From: Polyangiales bacterium
GTDB lineage: Bacteria > Myxococcota_A > Polyangia > Polyangiales > Ga0077539
DNA: 64,000 nt
Direction of reading: 5' to 3'
Assembly: GCA_044229975.1 (NCBI GenBank)
Contig: JBGARZ010000020.1
Location: forward strand, 96,001-160,000
Position numbers and translations under genes: made by a program
Part shown: in pieces, positions 1 through 10,561 of the stretch
How the letters are laid out: every line of letters begins with the position of its first letter
Position numbering within the stretch: position 1 is the first letter of the stretch
The notes under the pieces: generated by a model
What the model was told of the DNA's origin: nothing
The model's database searches: none
The model's input: only the letters and a program-made list of their open reading frames with translations

Positions 1-1
1 C

Positions 2-1324
2 TCGGGCGACTGCTGCAACGGCCTCTCGTGCACCGGCGGCATGTGTGCGTGCCGACCCGCGGGCCAGGCCTGCTCGGCGAGCTCGGACTGCTGCGGCAGC
101 GCCACCTGCGTGGGCGGGATGTGCCAGTGCCGCGCGCGCGGCCAGAGCTGCTCGGCCAGCAGCGACTGCTGCTCGGGCATGTCGTGCAGCGGCGGCGTGT
201 GCTCGATGTGCGCGGCGTCGGGCACCACCTGCACGCCCGGCATGGGGACGGCCTGCTGCTCCCCGGCGCAGTGCCGCTCGGAGATCACCACGACGTTCTG
301 CTGCGTGCAGCAGAACGAGGGCTGCACCCGCGACATCGACTGCTGCGGGTACATGCTCTGCGAGAGCGGCCGCTGCACCTGCCGCAGTGAGGGCCGCGGC
401 TGCCGCGAGAACAACGAGTGCTGCACGGGCCTCGCGTGCCAGAGCGGCGCGTGCCGACGCGTCGCCATGGACGGCGGGACGGGGGGCGGCGACGGCGGCC
501 TCAGCATCGACCTGCCGCGCACCGACGGCCCGCGCACCGACGGCACCACCGGCGACGGCGGGATGTGCATCGCGGGCGGCCAGGCGTGCGTGCAGGGGTC
601 GAGCACCTGCTGCGGCGACTACTCGTGCGCGCAGGAGCCTGCGGGCACGCTCTGCTGCCACCCGGCGATGGGCTCGTGCCGCAACTCCCTCGACTGCTGC
701 GGGCAGATGCTCTGCAACATCCCGTCGGGCCAGACCATGGGGAGCTGCGTGTGCCGGCGCCGCAACGAGGTGTGCCTCAACAACCTCGACTGCTGCGGCG
801 GCGCGACCTGCAACCGCCCCGACGGCGGCACCTCGGGCACCTGCGCGTGCAGCCGCGAGTTCGAGACCTGCACCTCCAGCGAGGGCTGCTGCGACGGCCT
901 CACCTGCCGCAACGGCCGCTGCCTCACCGAGGGCTGCTTCGCGCCGGGCGAGCGCTGCGACAACAGCGACGCCGGGAGCTGCTGCGGCGGCTACGCGTGC
1001 AACCTCCAGCCGAGCGGCCAGAGCACCTGCTCGCGCGGCCCGGCGCTGGTCGAGAGCGACCCGCCGACCACCTGCATGATGGGCTCGGAGTGCGCGGGTA
1101 GCGTGCTCTGCACCGGCGGCGTGTGCGTGTGTCGGCGCGGCGGCGAGTCGTGCTTCTACTCCAACGACTGCTGCGGCGCGATGCTCTGCATCCGCCCCGG
1201 CGGCGCGCTCATGGGCATGGGCACCTGCCAGTGCCAGGCGAGCGGCAACGGCTGCCGCATCGGCGGGAACGACTGCTGCTCGGGCGCCTGCCGCTCGACG
1301 CCGACCGGCGACCGCTGCCCCTGA
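2..1324 (+). CDS. Cysteine-rich repeat protein, 5' end outside the window
   Basis: The frame is open from base 2 (SGDCCNGLSCTGGM...). About 11 units of C-x6-C-x5/6-CC-x4-C-xn-C with DGG-rich linkers. Confidence 0.85.
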   Translation, partial: SGDCCNGLSCTGGMCACRPAGQACSASSDCCGSATCVGGMCQCRARGQSCSASSDCCSGMSCSGGVCSMCAASGTTCTPGMGTACCSPAQCRSEITTTFCCVQQNEGCTRDIDCCGYMLCESGRCTCRSEGRGCRENNECCTGLACQSGACRRVAMDGGTGGGDGGLSIDLPRTDGPRTDGTTGDGGMCIAGGQACVQGSSTCCGDYSCAQEPAGTLCCHPAMGSCRNSLDCCGQMLCNIPSGQTMGSCVCRRRNEVCLNNLDCCGGATCNRPDGGTSGTCACSREFETCTSSEGCCDGLTCRNGRCLTEGCFAPGERCDNSDAGSCCGGYACNLQPSGQSTCSRGPALVESDPPTTCMMGSECAGSVLCTGGVCVCRRGGESCFYSNDCCGAMLCIRPGGALMGMGTCQCQASGNGCRIGGNDCCSGACRSTPTGDRCP

Positions 1325-1395
1325 TCGCAGCGCGCTCCCACGCCTCGTCGCCGGTCCCTTGATGCGGCGGCGAGGTCGCTGGTAGCGTCCGCGCG

Positions 1396-2013
1396 ATGAA
1401 CGCCCCCACCCGTCACCTCGTCGCTCTCGTCATCGCCGGCAACCTGATGGGCTGTCAGCTCATCAAGAAGTTCACCGACCGCAACCGTGACTCCGGCACC
1501 GTCGCCCCGACGGGCACCACCGTGGTGACGCTCGACGGCGGCATGGTGGTCCCGGTGGTGGCGTACGACGCCGCGATGTGGGGCGACGCGGCCGGTGCCA
1601 TGGCCGCCGCGATGGCCAACGCCGCCGACGCGCAGGCGATGGCCGCGCAGGCGATGGCCAACGCGCAAAACGCTCTCGCCGACGCGGGCGTCCCCGCGGC
1701 TCCCGGCATGGCGCCGGGCGTCGCTCCCGCCGCCGATCCGACCGCTGCTCCCGCGGCTCCGCCTCCCGTGGCCGCCGCCGATCCCGCTGCTGCTCCCGCC
1801 GCACCGCCTCCCGTCGCCGCGGCTGACCCTGCGCCCGCCGCGCCCCCGCCCGCGGCCGACCCCGCGCCCGCTGCGCCCGTCGCTGCCCCGGCGGACGAGC
1901 GCCACCACCGCAGCAGCGGCAGCGACTTCTGCCGTCGTCACCCCGGCGAGTTCAACCAGCGCACGGGGCAGATCTGCCCCAACGCCCTCGGCTCCCACAA
2001 CCTCGGGCGCTGA
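1396..2013 (+). CDS. Putative lipoprotein with Pro/Ala-rich repeats
   Basis: Hydrophobic N-terminus with lipobox-like LMGC, repeated AAPAAPPPVAAADP and a small two-Cys C-terminal domain. Confidence 0.7.
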   Translation: MNAPTRHLVALVIAGNLMGCQLIKKFTDRNRDSGTVAPTGTTVVTLDGGMVVPVVAYDAAMWGDAAGAMAAAMANAADAQAMAAQAMANAQNALADAGVPAAPGMAPGVAPAADPTAAPAAPPPVAAADPAAAPAAPPPVAAADPAPAAPPPAADPAPAAPVAAPADERHHRSSGSDFCRRHPGEFNQRTGQICPNALGSHNLGR

Positions 2014-2016
2014 CCG

Positions 2017-2568
2017 TCAGTCCGCGGCGGCGAGGTCGACGCGGATGGCGTCGACCAGCGTCGCCAGCCGTTCAAAGCCGAGGCCCGCGTGACGCGCGAT
2101 GACCTCCAGGGTCTTGAGCTCCACCTGGCTCAGGCCCTCCGAGGCGCACGCCACGCCCGCCGCGAGATAGACGCCCGCCTCGGCGACGTCGTTGGCCCGC
2201 AGCACCTTGCCCACGGCCTCGCAGCGCGCGGCTGCTCCGTCGCGGGACAGCGACGCCGTAAACCCGCTCATCATGGCGTCGACGTCGTCGGCCAGGATGC
2301 CGTCGTCGGAGAGCGCGAGCAGCGCCCGGTGCAGGTGGGCCCGCTCGGCGCGGTCGAAGCGCCCGTCGGCCTTCGCGATGAGGTACGCCGCCTCGAACAC
2401 CGCGCAGAACAACTGCGCCGACGCGGGGTCGAGCCGCGACAGCCACGGCCGCGCGTCGAAGCCCGCCACGAACCCGCTCACACCCCCGACCGCGTCCATC
2501 TGCGGCGCGTGCGAACGGAGGTGCTGCGCCAGCGGTCGCAGTCTCTGGAGCAAGCGTTGAAAGCCCAT
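2017..2568 (-). CDS. TerB-family (tellurite resistance-like) protein
   Basis: AAYLIAKADGRFDRAE and VACASEGLSQVELKTL resemble the two TerB half-motifs. Confidence 0.7.
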   Translation of the reverse strand: MGFQRLLQRLRPLAQHLRSHAPQMDAVGGVSGFVAGFDARPWLSRLDPASAQLFCAVFEAAYLIAKADGRFDRAERAHLHRALLALSDDGILADDVDAMMSGFTASLSRDGAAARCEAVGKVLRANDVAEAGVYLAAGVACASEGLSQVELKTLEVIARHAGLGFERLATLVDAIRVDLAAAD

Positions 2569-2596
2569 GAGCGACCTCTCGGGACGCCCCGCGGCG

Positions 2597-4048
2597 TCAG
2601 TGCGGGAGCACCTTCACGTACAGCCCGACGCCCACGCCCACGAGCAGCAGCACGGCGACGACCGCGAGCAGCGCCGCGGGAAACTTCTTCGCGTCACCGC
2701 CGGTGGTGGGCGGCTGTTCGAGCTGCGTGTACGTCTGCACGCGCGGCGCGGCGGGCCGCACCTCGGGAGCCTTCGGGGCGACCTCCGGGGCGTCGCCTTC
2801 GAGCTCGTCGGCGAGGTTGCCCGCGGCCGACGTCGCTGCCCCGGAGTCGGAGTCTCGCGGCGCCTCCCAGGCCGCGCCCACGCGGCTCGGGCGGCCGTCG
2901 TCGTCGAGCATGTTGGCCCACTCGCCGACGTTCTCGAACTCGCCCGCGTCGAGCGGTCGCGCGCCGTCGTCGCTGGGGTTGACCCCGCTGGCGTTGCCCT
3001 TCGCGGCGGGCGACGGGCTGTGCGGATCGTCGAGCGACGTGAAGCGCAGCAGCTCTTCCTGGATGAGCTGGTCGATGACCGAGCCGTCCTTCTTGCTGCC
3101 GACCACCGTCGCGTTGCGCGAACGCTCGGCGACCACCTCGCCCACGGCCCGCGCGAGGTCGCCGGCGCCCACCCGCATCTTGTTGGAGAAGATGAAGTCG
3201 AGCAGCGCCTCGCTGAAGGCCGCCCCGTCGGCGAAGCGCGCCTTCTTGTCCTTGGCGAGCGCGACCCCGATGAGGTCTTCGAGCTCCTGCGGCACCGCGG
3301 GGTTGAGCGAGCGCAGCGACGGGATCACCGCCTGCTGCACCAGCTTCACGGTCTGGAAGTCGGTCTCGCCCTGGAAGAGCTTCCGCCCCGCGAGCATCTC
3401 CCAGAGCATGATGCCCACGGCGAAGATGTCGGCCTGCGGATCGGCCTCCTGCCCCATCGCCGTCTCGGGCGCGAGGTAGCTGAACTTCCCCTTCACCACG
3501 CCCGGCTCGGTCTTCTCGACGGAGTGCGCGGCCTTGGCGAGACCGAAGTCCACGATCTTCACCTCGCCCTGTCGCGAGATGAGGACGTTGGGCGGAGAGA
3601 TGTCGCGGTGGACGACGTGCAGGTGCTGCCCGTCGGAGTCGTGCAGGTTGTGGGCGTACTGCAATCCCTCGCAGACCTTGATGGCGATGTGACACGCCAG
3701 GGCCATCGGGAAGGGCTGCTTCTTGTGGCGGATGTTCTCGATGAGGTGCTTGAGGTTCACCCCGTCGATGAACTCCATCACGATGAAGTAGGTGTTTTCG
3801 ACGCGGCCGATGTCGAACACCTGCACGATGTTGGCGTGCGAGAGGCGCGCGCTCAGCCGCGCCTCATCCAGGAACATCCGGATGAACTTCTCGTTGGACG
3901 CCAGGTGCGGCAGCACGCGCTTGATGGCGACGAGCTTCTTGAAGCCCGCGACGCTGACGGCCTCCCCCCGGAAGACCTCCGCCATACCGCCGGATTCAAG
4001 GCGTTCGGTGACTCGATAGCTGCTCTGCGCCCGTGCTTCGGAGGCCAT
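2597..4048 (-). CDS. Hanks-type Ser/Thr protein kinase with C-terminal TM helix
   Basis: GGMAEVF, VAIKR, HRDISPPN, DFGLAK, APE and DIFAVG motifs. Confidence 0.95.
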   Translation of the reverse strand: MASEARAQSSYRVTERLESGGMAEVFRGEAVSVAGFKKLVAIKRVLPHLASNEKFIRMFLDEARLSARLSHANIVQVFDIGRVENTYFIVMEFIDGVNLKHLIENIRHKKQPFPMALACHIAIKVCEGLQYAHNLHDSDGQHLHVVHRDISPPNVLISRQGEVKIVDFGLAKAAHSVEKTEPGVVKGKFSYLAPETAMGQEADPQADIFAVGIMLWEMLAGRKLFQGETDFQTVKLVQQAVIPSLRSLNPAVPQELEDLIGVALAKDKKARFADGAAFSEALLDFIFSNKMRVGAGDLARAVGEVVAERSRNATVVGSKKDGSVIDQLIQEELLRFTSLDDPHSPSPAAKGNASGVNPSDDGARPLDAGEFENVGEWANMLDDDGRPSRVGAAWEAPRDSDSGAATSAAGNLADELEGDAPEVAPKAPEVRPAAPRVQTYTQLEQPPTTGGDAKKFPAALLAVVAVLLLVGVGVGLYVKVLPH

Positions 4049-4196
4049 GGGGAGGGATTACGATCCGATCGTGGAGAGAAGGGCAACTTCGGGGCTGAAA
4101 GGGACTAGCAACGACAGTGCCCCGACGCGGCGAGGGGTGTCAAGCCGCCGGGGCGTTGACCCGATCGCGGTGCGCGCGGTAGGTGCCTCGCCCGCA

Positions 4197-6770
4197 ATGA
4201 ACGGCCATCGCGCCTGCTCCCGGGGACATCGTTGTGGCGGGCGCGTCCCCGCTGATCCGTCGAGCGGCCCGCGGCCCTTCGCGTTGCCCGGCGACCCCGA
4301 GCACTACCGTCGTCCGCGACCCTTCGACGTCACGCACCTGCACCTCGCCGTGCACCTCCGCGTCGCCACCCGCTCCGTCGAGGCCGTCGCCTCGCTCACC
4401 ATCGCGCGACGCGACCCGACGGCCCGCGTGCTCCCGCTCGATGCCGTGGGCTTCACGGTGGAATCTGTCTCACTCGTGGCAACCGGCGACACGCTGCCCT
4501 TCGCCTACGACGGCGAGACACTCCAGGTGACCGTCGGCGAGCTCACCACTGGTGTCATCAAGGTTCGATACAGCGCCACCCCGCGGCGCGGTCTGTACTT
4601 CCTCGCGCCCGACGACGACGCGCCGAAGCGCCCCGCGCAGGTGTGGTCGCAGTGCCAGGACGAAGACGCGCGCCACTGGTTTCCCTGCCACGACGCGCCC
4701 GACATGCGGATGACCACCGAGCTGGAGGTGCACGCCCCGAAGGGATGGACGGTGCTCTCCAACGGCGCGCTCGTCTCGCGCTCGCCCGCCGGGTCCGACG
4801 AGCAGTGGCACTGGCGCCACGATGCTCCGCACCCGAGCTACCTCGTCACCCTCGTCGCCGGAACCTTCTCCGAGCTCGACGCCACCCGCGACCCGGCGCT
4901 GCCCGTTCGCTACTACGTCGACCCCGACCGCGAGGCCGACGGGTGGCGCTCGCTCGGCCGCACGCCCGACATGATCGAGCACTTCGCGGCGCTCACTGGC
5001 GTCGCGTATCCGTGGGCGAAGTACGACCAGGTGACGGTTCACGACTTCACCTTCGGCGGCATGGAGAACACCTCCATCAGCACGCTCACCGAGCGCTGCC
5101 TCGTCGACGAGCGCGCCGCCCTCGACGCGACCGCCGACGACCTCGTCGCGCACGAGCTCGCGCACCAGTGGTTCGGTGATCTCGTGACGTGCCGCGACTG
5201 GTCGCACGCGTGGTTGAACGAGGGCTTCGCGACCTTCTTCGAGCACCTCGACATGGAGCGGAAGGAGGGACGCGACGCGTACCTCTTCAACCTCAAGCAG
5301 CACGCCGACGCGTACTTCGGTGAGGACGACCGCTACCGTCGCCCCGTGGTGTGCGCGACCTGGGGCGCCCCCATCGACCTCTTCGACCGGCACCTCTACG
5401 AGAAGGGCGGTTGGGTGCTCCACATGCTGCGGAGCGAGCTCGGCGACGAGACCTTCTGGGCGGGAGTGAAGGAGTACCTCACGCGCCACCGCGGCCGCTC
5501 GGTGGAGACCCGCGACCTCGAACGCGCCTTCGAAGACGTCTCCGGTCGCTCGCTCGGCGGCTTCTTCCAGCAATGGATCTACCGCGCGGGTCACCCGGAG
5601 ATCGAGGCCGACGCGCGCTACGACGCCGAGACCTCGCTTCTGCACGTCACGCTGCGACAGACGCAGACCGTCGATGCCACCACTCCGTGCTTCCGCCTCG
5701 CGGTGCGGGTCGTGGTGGTTCCCTTCGCGGGCGAAGAGCGCACGTACACCCTCGACCTCGACGAGCGCACGCGCACCTTCGCGCTGCCCTGCCCGCTGGC
5801 GCCGCAGTGGGTGGCCGTCGACCCCGAAGGAACACTGCTGGCGAAGCTCACCCTCAAGCTCCCGGCGGTGATGCTGCGCGCGGCGCTCGCGGGCGATCCG
5901 CGCGCGGTGGTGCGCTGGCGCTCGGCGGCGGCGCTCACGCAGCACGACGACGAGGCGACCGTCGCGGCGCTGGAGAAGGCCGTGCGCGGCGACGCGTTCT
6001 GGGGCGTGTCGACGGAGGCGGCGCGGGCGCTGGGCGAGCTGCGGGGGCGGGCGGCGTGGGGCGCGCTGGCGCTCTCCATCGACCACGCGCACCCGAAGGT
6101 GCGGCGCGCGGTGGTGCGGGCGCTCGGCGAGTTTCGCACCGAAGCATCCGCGGCTTTGTTGCTGGCGCGGATGGCGCTCGGCGACGCGAGCTGGCTGGTG
6201 GAGTCGGAGCTGGCGCGCGCGGCGGGTCGCACCCGTCGGTCGTCCGCGTACGAGCCGCTCGTGGCGCAGCTCACGCGCGAGAGCTGGCGCGACGTGGTGC
6301 GCTGCGGCGCCATCGACGGGCTCGGTGCGCTGCGCGACGAGCGGGCGATTCCGGCGGTGCTGGCGCTGACGTCGCCGCGGTCGACGGCGGCGGCGCGGCG
6401 CTCGGCGGTGGGGGCGCTGGCCGAGCTCGGCGAAGACCGGCGCGACGTGCGCGAGGCGCTGGAGCAGATGCTCGACGAGCGCGACCCGTACCTGGTGCCC
6501 GAGGTGCTGCGAGCGCTCGGGCGGCTGCGCGACGCGGCGTCGACGGAGGCGGTCTCGCGGGCGCTGCGGGTGACCGACGACGGGCGCGTGCGGCGGGCGG
6601 CGCGAGAGACGCTGCGAGCGCTCCAGACGCGCGATGGCGGCGACGAGCTGCGGCGGCTGCGCGACGAGATCGAGGCGCTGCGCGACGAGCTGCGGGGCGT
6701 CCGCGATCAGGTCGCGGCGGCGGCGGCGACCCGGCAGACCGACCGACCGGGACCCAGGCGCAAGCGCTGA
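4197..6770 (+). CDS. M1-family aminopeptidase with HEAT repeats and C-terminal coiled coil
   Basis: GGMEN, HELAHQWFG...WLNEG and YEKGG motifs. Start codon uncertain. Confidence 0.92.
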   Translation: MNGHRACSRGHRCGGRVPADPSSGPRPFALPGDPEHYRRPRPFDVTHLHLAVHLRVATRSVEAVASLTIARRDPTARVLPLDAVGFTVESVSLVATGDTLPFAYDGETLQVTVGELTTGVIKVRYSATPRRGLYFLAPDDDAPKRPAQVWSQCQDEDARHWFPCHDAPDMRMTTELEVHAPKGWTVLSNGALVSRSPAGSDEQWHWRHDAPHPSYLVTLVAGTFSELDATRDPALPVRYYVDPDREADGWRSLGRTPDMIEHFAALTGVAYPWAKYDQVTVHDFTFGGMENTSISTLTERCLVDERAALDATADDLVAHELAHQWFGDLVTCRDWSHAWLNEGFATFFEHLDMERKEGRDAYLFNLKQHADAYFGEDDRYRRPVVCATWGAPIDLFDRHLYEKGGWVLHMLRSELGDETFWAGVKEYLTRHRGRSVETRDLERAFEDVSGRSLGGFFQQWIYRAGHPEIEADARYDAETSLLHVTLRQTQTVDATTPCFRLAVRVVVVPFAGEERTYTLDLDERTRTFALPCPLAPQWVAVDPEGTLLAKLTLKLPAVMLRAALAGDPRAVVRWRSAAALTQHDDEATVAALEKAVRGDAFWGVSTEAARALGELRGRAAWGALALSIDHAHPKVRRAVVRALGEFRTEASAALLLARMALGDASWLVESELARAAGRTRRSSAYEPLVAQLTRESWRDVVRCGAIDGLGALRDERAIPAVLALTSPRSTAAARRSAVGALAELGEDRRDVREALEQMLDERDPYLVPEVLRALGRLRDAASTEAVSRALRVTDDGRVRRAARETLRALQTRDGGDELRRLRDEIEALRDELRGVRDQVAAAAATRQTDRPGPRRKR

Positions 6771-6937
6771 GGCAACGGGAGGGGCTGTTGACGGCGGAGA
6801 CGCGGCGCGTATCCTCCGCCCCCGTTGCGCTCCGATGAGTCATCGGGCGGCGCACAATCCTTTCCATTCCCTCCCACCACGATCCGTTCGCGGACGAATA
6901 CAAGACCCCATAAAAGGCGATTCTGGAGAACCATCGG

Positions 6938-7879
6938 ATGTCGAACGAAGACGCGCGCAAGCTGTTTGTAGCCGGACTGCCGGACAGCGTGACGGAGGAG
7001 GATCTGCGCGGCCTCTTCCTCGAATCAGGAGCACAGTCGGCGGAGCTCACGCTTCCTCGTGATCGGATGTCGGGACGGCCGCGAGGGTTCGCCTTCGTTC
7101 GTCTGGGCAGCGAAGAGGAGGCCGACCGCGCCCGCTCGGTGCTCGATGGGCGAATCGTCGACGGGCGAACCATCTCGGTGCGACCGTTTCAGGCCGAGCC
7201 TCCGGCGCGGGGCGAGCGCCCGGCGGGCGGCTTCGGTGGTCCGCCCGGCGGGGGCGGTGGCTTCGGTGGTCCGTCCGGCGGTGGCATGGGTGGTGGTGGC
7301 TACGGTGCTCCGCGGGAAGATCGTCCGCGGCGCGACATGGGCGGCCCCGCGCCCGACCGCACGCTCTACGTGGGCAACCTCCCGTACGACGCGACGCAGG
7401 AGGAGATCGAGGTGCTGCTCAACGAGCTCGGCGCGGGCCCCGTGGCGCGCGTGCACCTGCCCCTCGATCAGGACGGCCGCAAGCGCGGCTTCGGGTTCGT
7501 GACGCTGGCGACGGCCGAGGCCGCCAACGCCGCCATCGACCAGCTCAAGAACGCCGAGCTCCGCAGCCGTCGGCTCATCATCAACCTGGCGCACCCGAAG
7601 GGCTCCCCCGGGGCCCCGATGGGCGCTGGCGGTCCGGGTGGTTTCACCGGCACGGGCGGCGATCGTCCGCCCCCGCGCACGTTCGGCGGTCCGCCGAGCA
7701 GCAACTTCGGTCCGCCGTCGCCTCCGGGTGGCCGCACCGCGCTCGGCAACCAGCGCAAGCGCAAGGAGGGCGAAGGCGACGGCCGCGGCCGTCCGGGCGC
7801 CACCGGCACCGCGCCGGGCGGCAGCGGTCGGCGCGACCGCGAAGAGCGCAACTGGCGCGGCGACGACGACGACGAGTAA
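6938..7879 (+). CDS. RNA-binding protein with two RRM domains and Gly/Pro-rich linkers
   Basis: RNP2/RNP1 pairs LFVAGL/RGFAFV and LYVGNL/RGFGFV. Confidence 0.92.
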   Translation: MSNEDARKLFVAGLPDSVTEEDLRGLFLESGAQSAELTLPRDRMSGRPRGFAFVRLGSEEEADRARSVLDGRIVDGRTISVRPFQAEPPARGERPAGGFGGPPGGGGGFGGPSGGGMGGGGYGAPREDRPRRDMGGPAPDRTLYVGNLPYDATQEEIEVLLNELGAGPVARVHLPLDQDGRKRGFGFVTLATAEAANAAIDQLKNAELRSRRLIINLAHPKGSPGAPMGAGGPGGFTGTGGDRPPPRTFGGPPSSNFGPPSPPGGRTALGNQRKRKEGEGDGRGRPGATGTAPGGSGRRDREERNWRGDDDDE

Positions 7880-7909
7880 GCCCTCGTCGGCTGTGCTAAG
7901 TCGCCAGGA

Positions 7910-8719
7910 ATGTCTTCCTGGCTCGATCGCCTCGATCGCCGCTTCGGGCGGCACATCCCGCAAAACCTCACCCTCGGACTCGTCGGAGCGCTGGGCCTCA
8001 ACTGGGGCCTGGAGCATCTCCATCCGGGGTACACGTCCTACCTGACGCTCGACGTCGCGAAGGTGCTGCGGGGCGAGGTCTGGCGGCTCGTCACCTTCGT
8101 CACGATGCCTCCCGAGACGTCGCCCATCTGGGTGTTCTTCGCGCTCCTGTGGACGCACTTCCTCGGCACCATCGTCGAGAGCGAGTGGGGCGGCGCGCGC
8201 TACCTCGCCTACTGGGTCATCGGCATGCTCGGGACGATCGCGTTGGCGTTCGTCTTCGGCGTGACGGGCACCAACACGTCGCTGATGCTGTCGCTGCTGC
8301 TCGCTGCTGCGACCATCGACCCTGATCGTCAGGTGACGATCTTCTTCATCATCCCGGTGCGCCTGAAGTGGCTCGCGTGGTTGGGCGTCGCGGGCCTCGC
8401 CATCCAGATGTGGCAGCTCGACGGGTTGAGGCGGTTGTTCCCGGTGGTGGCGCTGGTCAACTACCTGGTGTTCTTCGGTCCGACGGCCTGGGCGTGGTTG
8501 AGGGGTCGGCAACGCAAGGCGGCCTACGTCGTCGAGGCCCACCGCGCGGCGCAGGTGCCGAGCGTCGTGAGCGAGCGGCAGTGCGCGACCTGCGGCGTGA
8601 CCGACGCCGACCGCGCGGTGGAGTTTCGCGTCTGCACCTGCGACCGCTGCGGCAAGCCCACCAACTTCTGCCTCCCCCACGTGCGCGAGCACCTCGCCGC
8701 CGCACCCGAAGGCGCGTAG
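7910..8719 (+). CDS. Rhomboid/Derlin-like membrane protein with C-terminal Zn finger
   Basis: GEVWRLVTF motif, several TM segments and CATC...CTCDRC...FCLPH. Confidence 0.7.
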   Translation: MSSWLDRLDRRFGRHIPQNLTLGLVGALGLNWGLEHLHPGYTSYLTLDVAKVLRGEVWRLVTFVTMPPETSPIWVFFALLWTHFLGTIVESEWGGARYLAYWVIGMLGTIALAFVFGVTGTNTSLMLSLLLAAATIDPDRQVTIFFIIPVRLKWLAWLGVAGLAIQMWQLDGLRRLFPVVALVNYLVFFGPTAWAWLRGRQRKAAYVVEAHRAAQVPSVVSERQCATCGVTDADRAVEFRVCTCDRCGKPTNFCLPHVREHLAAAPEGA

Positions 8720-8723
8720 CGGA

Positions 8724-10298
8724 TCACTCCTCGTCGGTGGGCGGGTCTTCGTCTTCGGGGTGTCGAAAAGGCTGCGCCGCGCGGATGACCTGCACCTGCG
8801 TGGTGGGCGCCACGACCGGCGGTGCGGCGACGGGTCGTGACACCACGAGCTCGGGGATGTCGATCTCCTCGACCAGCGTGAGGGTGCGGTTGACCGTGAA
8901 TCGCAGGTGCAACTGCCGCAGCGCCGCGGGGAGCTGCACCCCGGCGGTGTAGCGCCCGCGCGGCTCGACCTCGCGCAGTGGTTCAACGGCGACGCCCGGG
9001 TCGGCGGCGACGTCGACGGCGGCGAGGGAGACCGGTCGCCCCTCGGCGTCGTGGAGGTCGATGGTGATGGTCGTGGTGGCGGCCGGGCTGCCCATGGTGG
9101 CGGTGGGCGCGCCCACGCGAACGGAGTGCTCCACGGGGCCGACCTGCTCGGCGGTGAGCGTGGTGGCGCGGGCGTCGTGGCCGTCGGCGGCGGTGCCGCA
9201 GCGGAGGGCGTAGGCGCGCGCCGGGTCGAGCGGTCGCGGGCGATCGGAGGTGCTGAACGGCGCGCCGTCGAGGCTGCAATAGAAGCCCGGCGGGATGACG
9301 AGCGAGGCGCGACGGCCCGGTCGGGTGGCGGTGGCGAGCTCGCCGGGGTCGACGCGGGGCGCGGCGATCTCGATGCGCGCGACGGACGACGGGAGGCTCT
9401 CGAAGCGGTCGCCGTCGACGGAGAAGAGGCGGATGTACCAGGTGCCCGGGTTGAGCGAGCGGAACCGCAGCAGCGTCTCGCGCGGGCCGAGGGTCTGCTC
9501 GCCGAGGCGCTGGCGGAAGCGCTCGTCGCGCGCGATGTCGACGCGGTAGCCCGTCACGGCGGAGCCCGCGGGGCCGCGGCGGCCGGGGCCGAAGGTTCCT
9601 TCGACGTCGACGGGTTCGCCGAAGGAGAGGGCGCGGGTGTTGGGCTGGCGGCGCCACTCGGGGGCGCGCGGGAGCACACGCATCACCGCGGGCGGACGGC
9701 CCTCCTCCTCGCGAACGGCGTGGAGCGGAGGGAGCAGGTACTCGTTGGTTCCGAAGCGCACGCGGAGGCGGCCGCGGGTGTTGGCGACGCGGGTGATGTG
9801 CCCGCCGAGCTCCGCGCTGACGACGGCGTCGGCGCGCCCGGTGAACACCGTGAGCGCCTGCGTGGCGATGGGGATGGACTCCGCGCGGGCGGCGGGCGGC
9901 GCGGTGACGCGAACGGTGCCGCGAGTGAGGGTAGTGGTGGTCGACGGCGGAACACCCGGCGGCGTGACGGCGGGGCTGCCGAAGAGGGTGAGCAACGACT
10001 GCGGATCGAGCGCGAGCGTGACGCCATCGGAGAGGGTGAGCTCGGCGCGGCCGTCTCCGGTGCGAACGCGCGTGCCGCGGGCGAGCACGGTGTCGGCGAG
10101 GGCGGGTGCGAAGGTGCGGGTGCCCGGGAGCATCACCTCGACGCGACCCGTGACGACGGTGAGTCGCACCTCGGGCGCCGGGGCGGCGACGGGCGCGGGC
10201 TGCGCGTGAACCTGCGCGGGCGCGAGGGCCGAGACGAATCCGAGGATCACGAGAGCGATCCAGGGAAGTCGGTTGGGTCGCGCGGGCGTTGGCAGCAC
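8724..10298 (-). CDS. Secreted FecR-domain protein
   Basis: Signal-like stretch followed by RVRTGDGRAELTLSDG (FecR-like) and an FN3-like GYRVDIARD...GTWYIR segment. Start approximate. Confidence 0.7.
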   Translation of the reverse strand: MLPTPARPNRLPWIALVILGFVSALAPAQVHAQPAPVAAPAPEVRLTVVTGRVEVMLPGTRTFAPALADTVLARGTRVRTGDGRAELTLSDGVTLALDPQSLLTLFGSPAVTPPGVPPSTTTTLTRGTVRVTAPPAARAESIPIATQALTVFTGRADAVVSAELGGHITRVANTRGRLRVRFGTNEYLLPPLHAVREEEGRPPAVMRVLPRAPEWRRQPNTRALSFGEPVDVEGTFGPGRRGPAGSAVTGYRVDIARDERFRQRLGEQTLGPRETLLRFRSLNPGTWYIRLFSVDGDRFESLPSSVARIEIAAPRVDPGELATATRPGRRASLVIPPGFYCSLDGAPFSTSDRPRPLDPARAYALRCGTAADGHDARATTLTAEQVGPVEHSVRVGAPTATMGSPAATTTITIDLHDAEGRPVSLAAVDVAADPGVAVEPLREVEPRGRYTAGVQLPAALRQLHLRFTVNRTLTLVEEIDIPELVVSRPVAAPPVVAPTTQVQVIRAAQPFRHPEDEDPPTDEE

Positions 10299-10561
10299 GG
10301 GGGGGACGTTGATGGATAGCACCCTCCCGGGGGCGCCGTGAACGCGCGTGGGTGTCAACGCGCGTTGGGACTGTCGGGTGTCGGCCGTGGGGCGCGATCG
10401 GGCGGTGACAGGTGTGAACGAAGACGGGGATTGCCCGCGAAAATCGCTATGAAACAAGGTGCGTAGGTCGGCGCTCGGGCGAGCGGGGGTGGGCATCGGG
10501 GGTGGTACGTCGGCTGCTCAGTGGACGATCTACCGACTGACGACTTCCAGGGAGGTTCTCC

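Noticed and set aside
1720..1890. DNA repeats in the Pro/Ala lipoprotein
   Set aside because: Explained by a low-complexity peptide linker.
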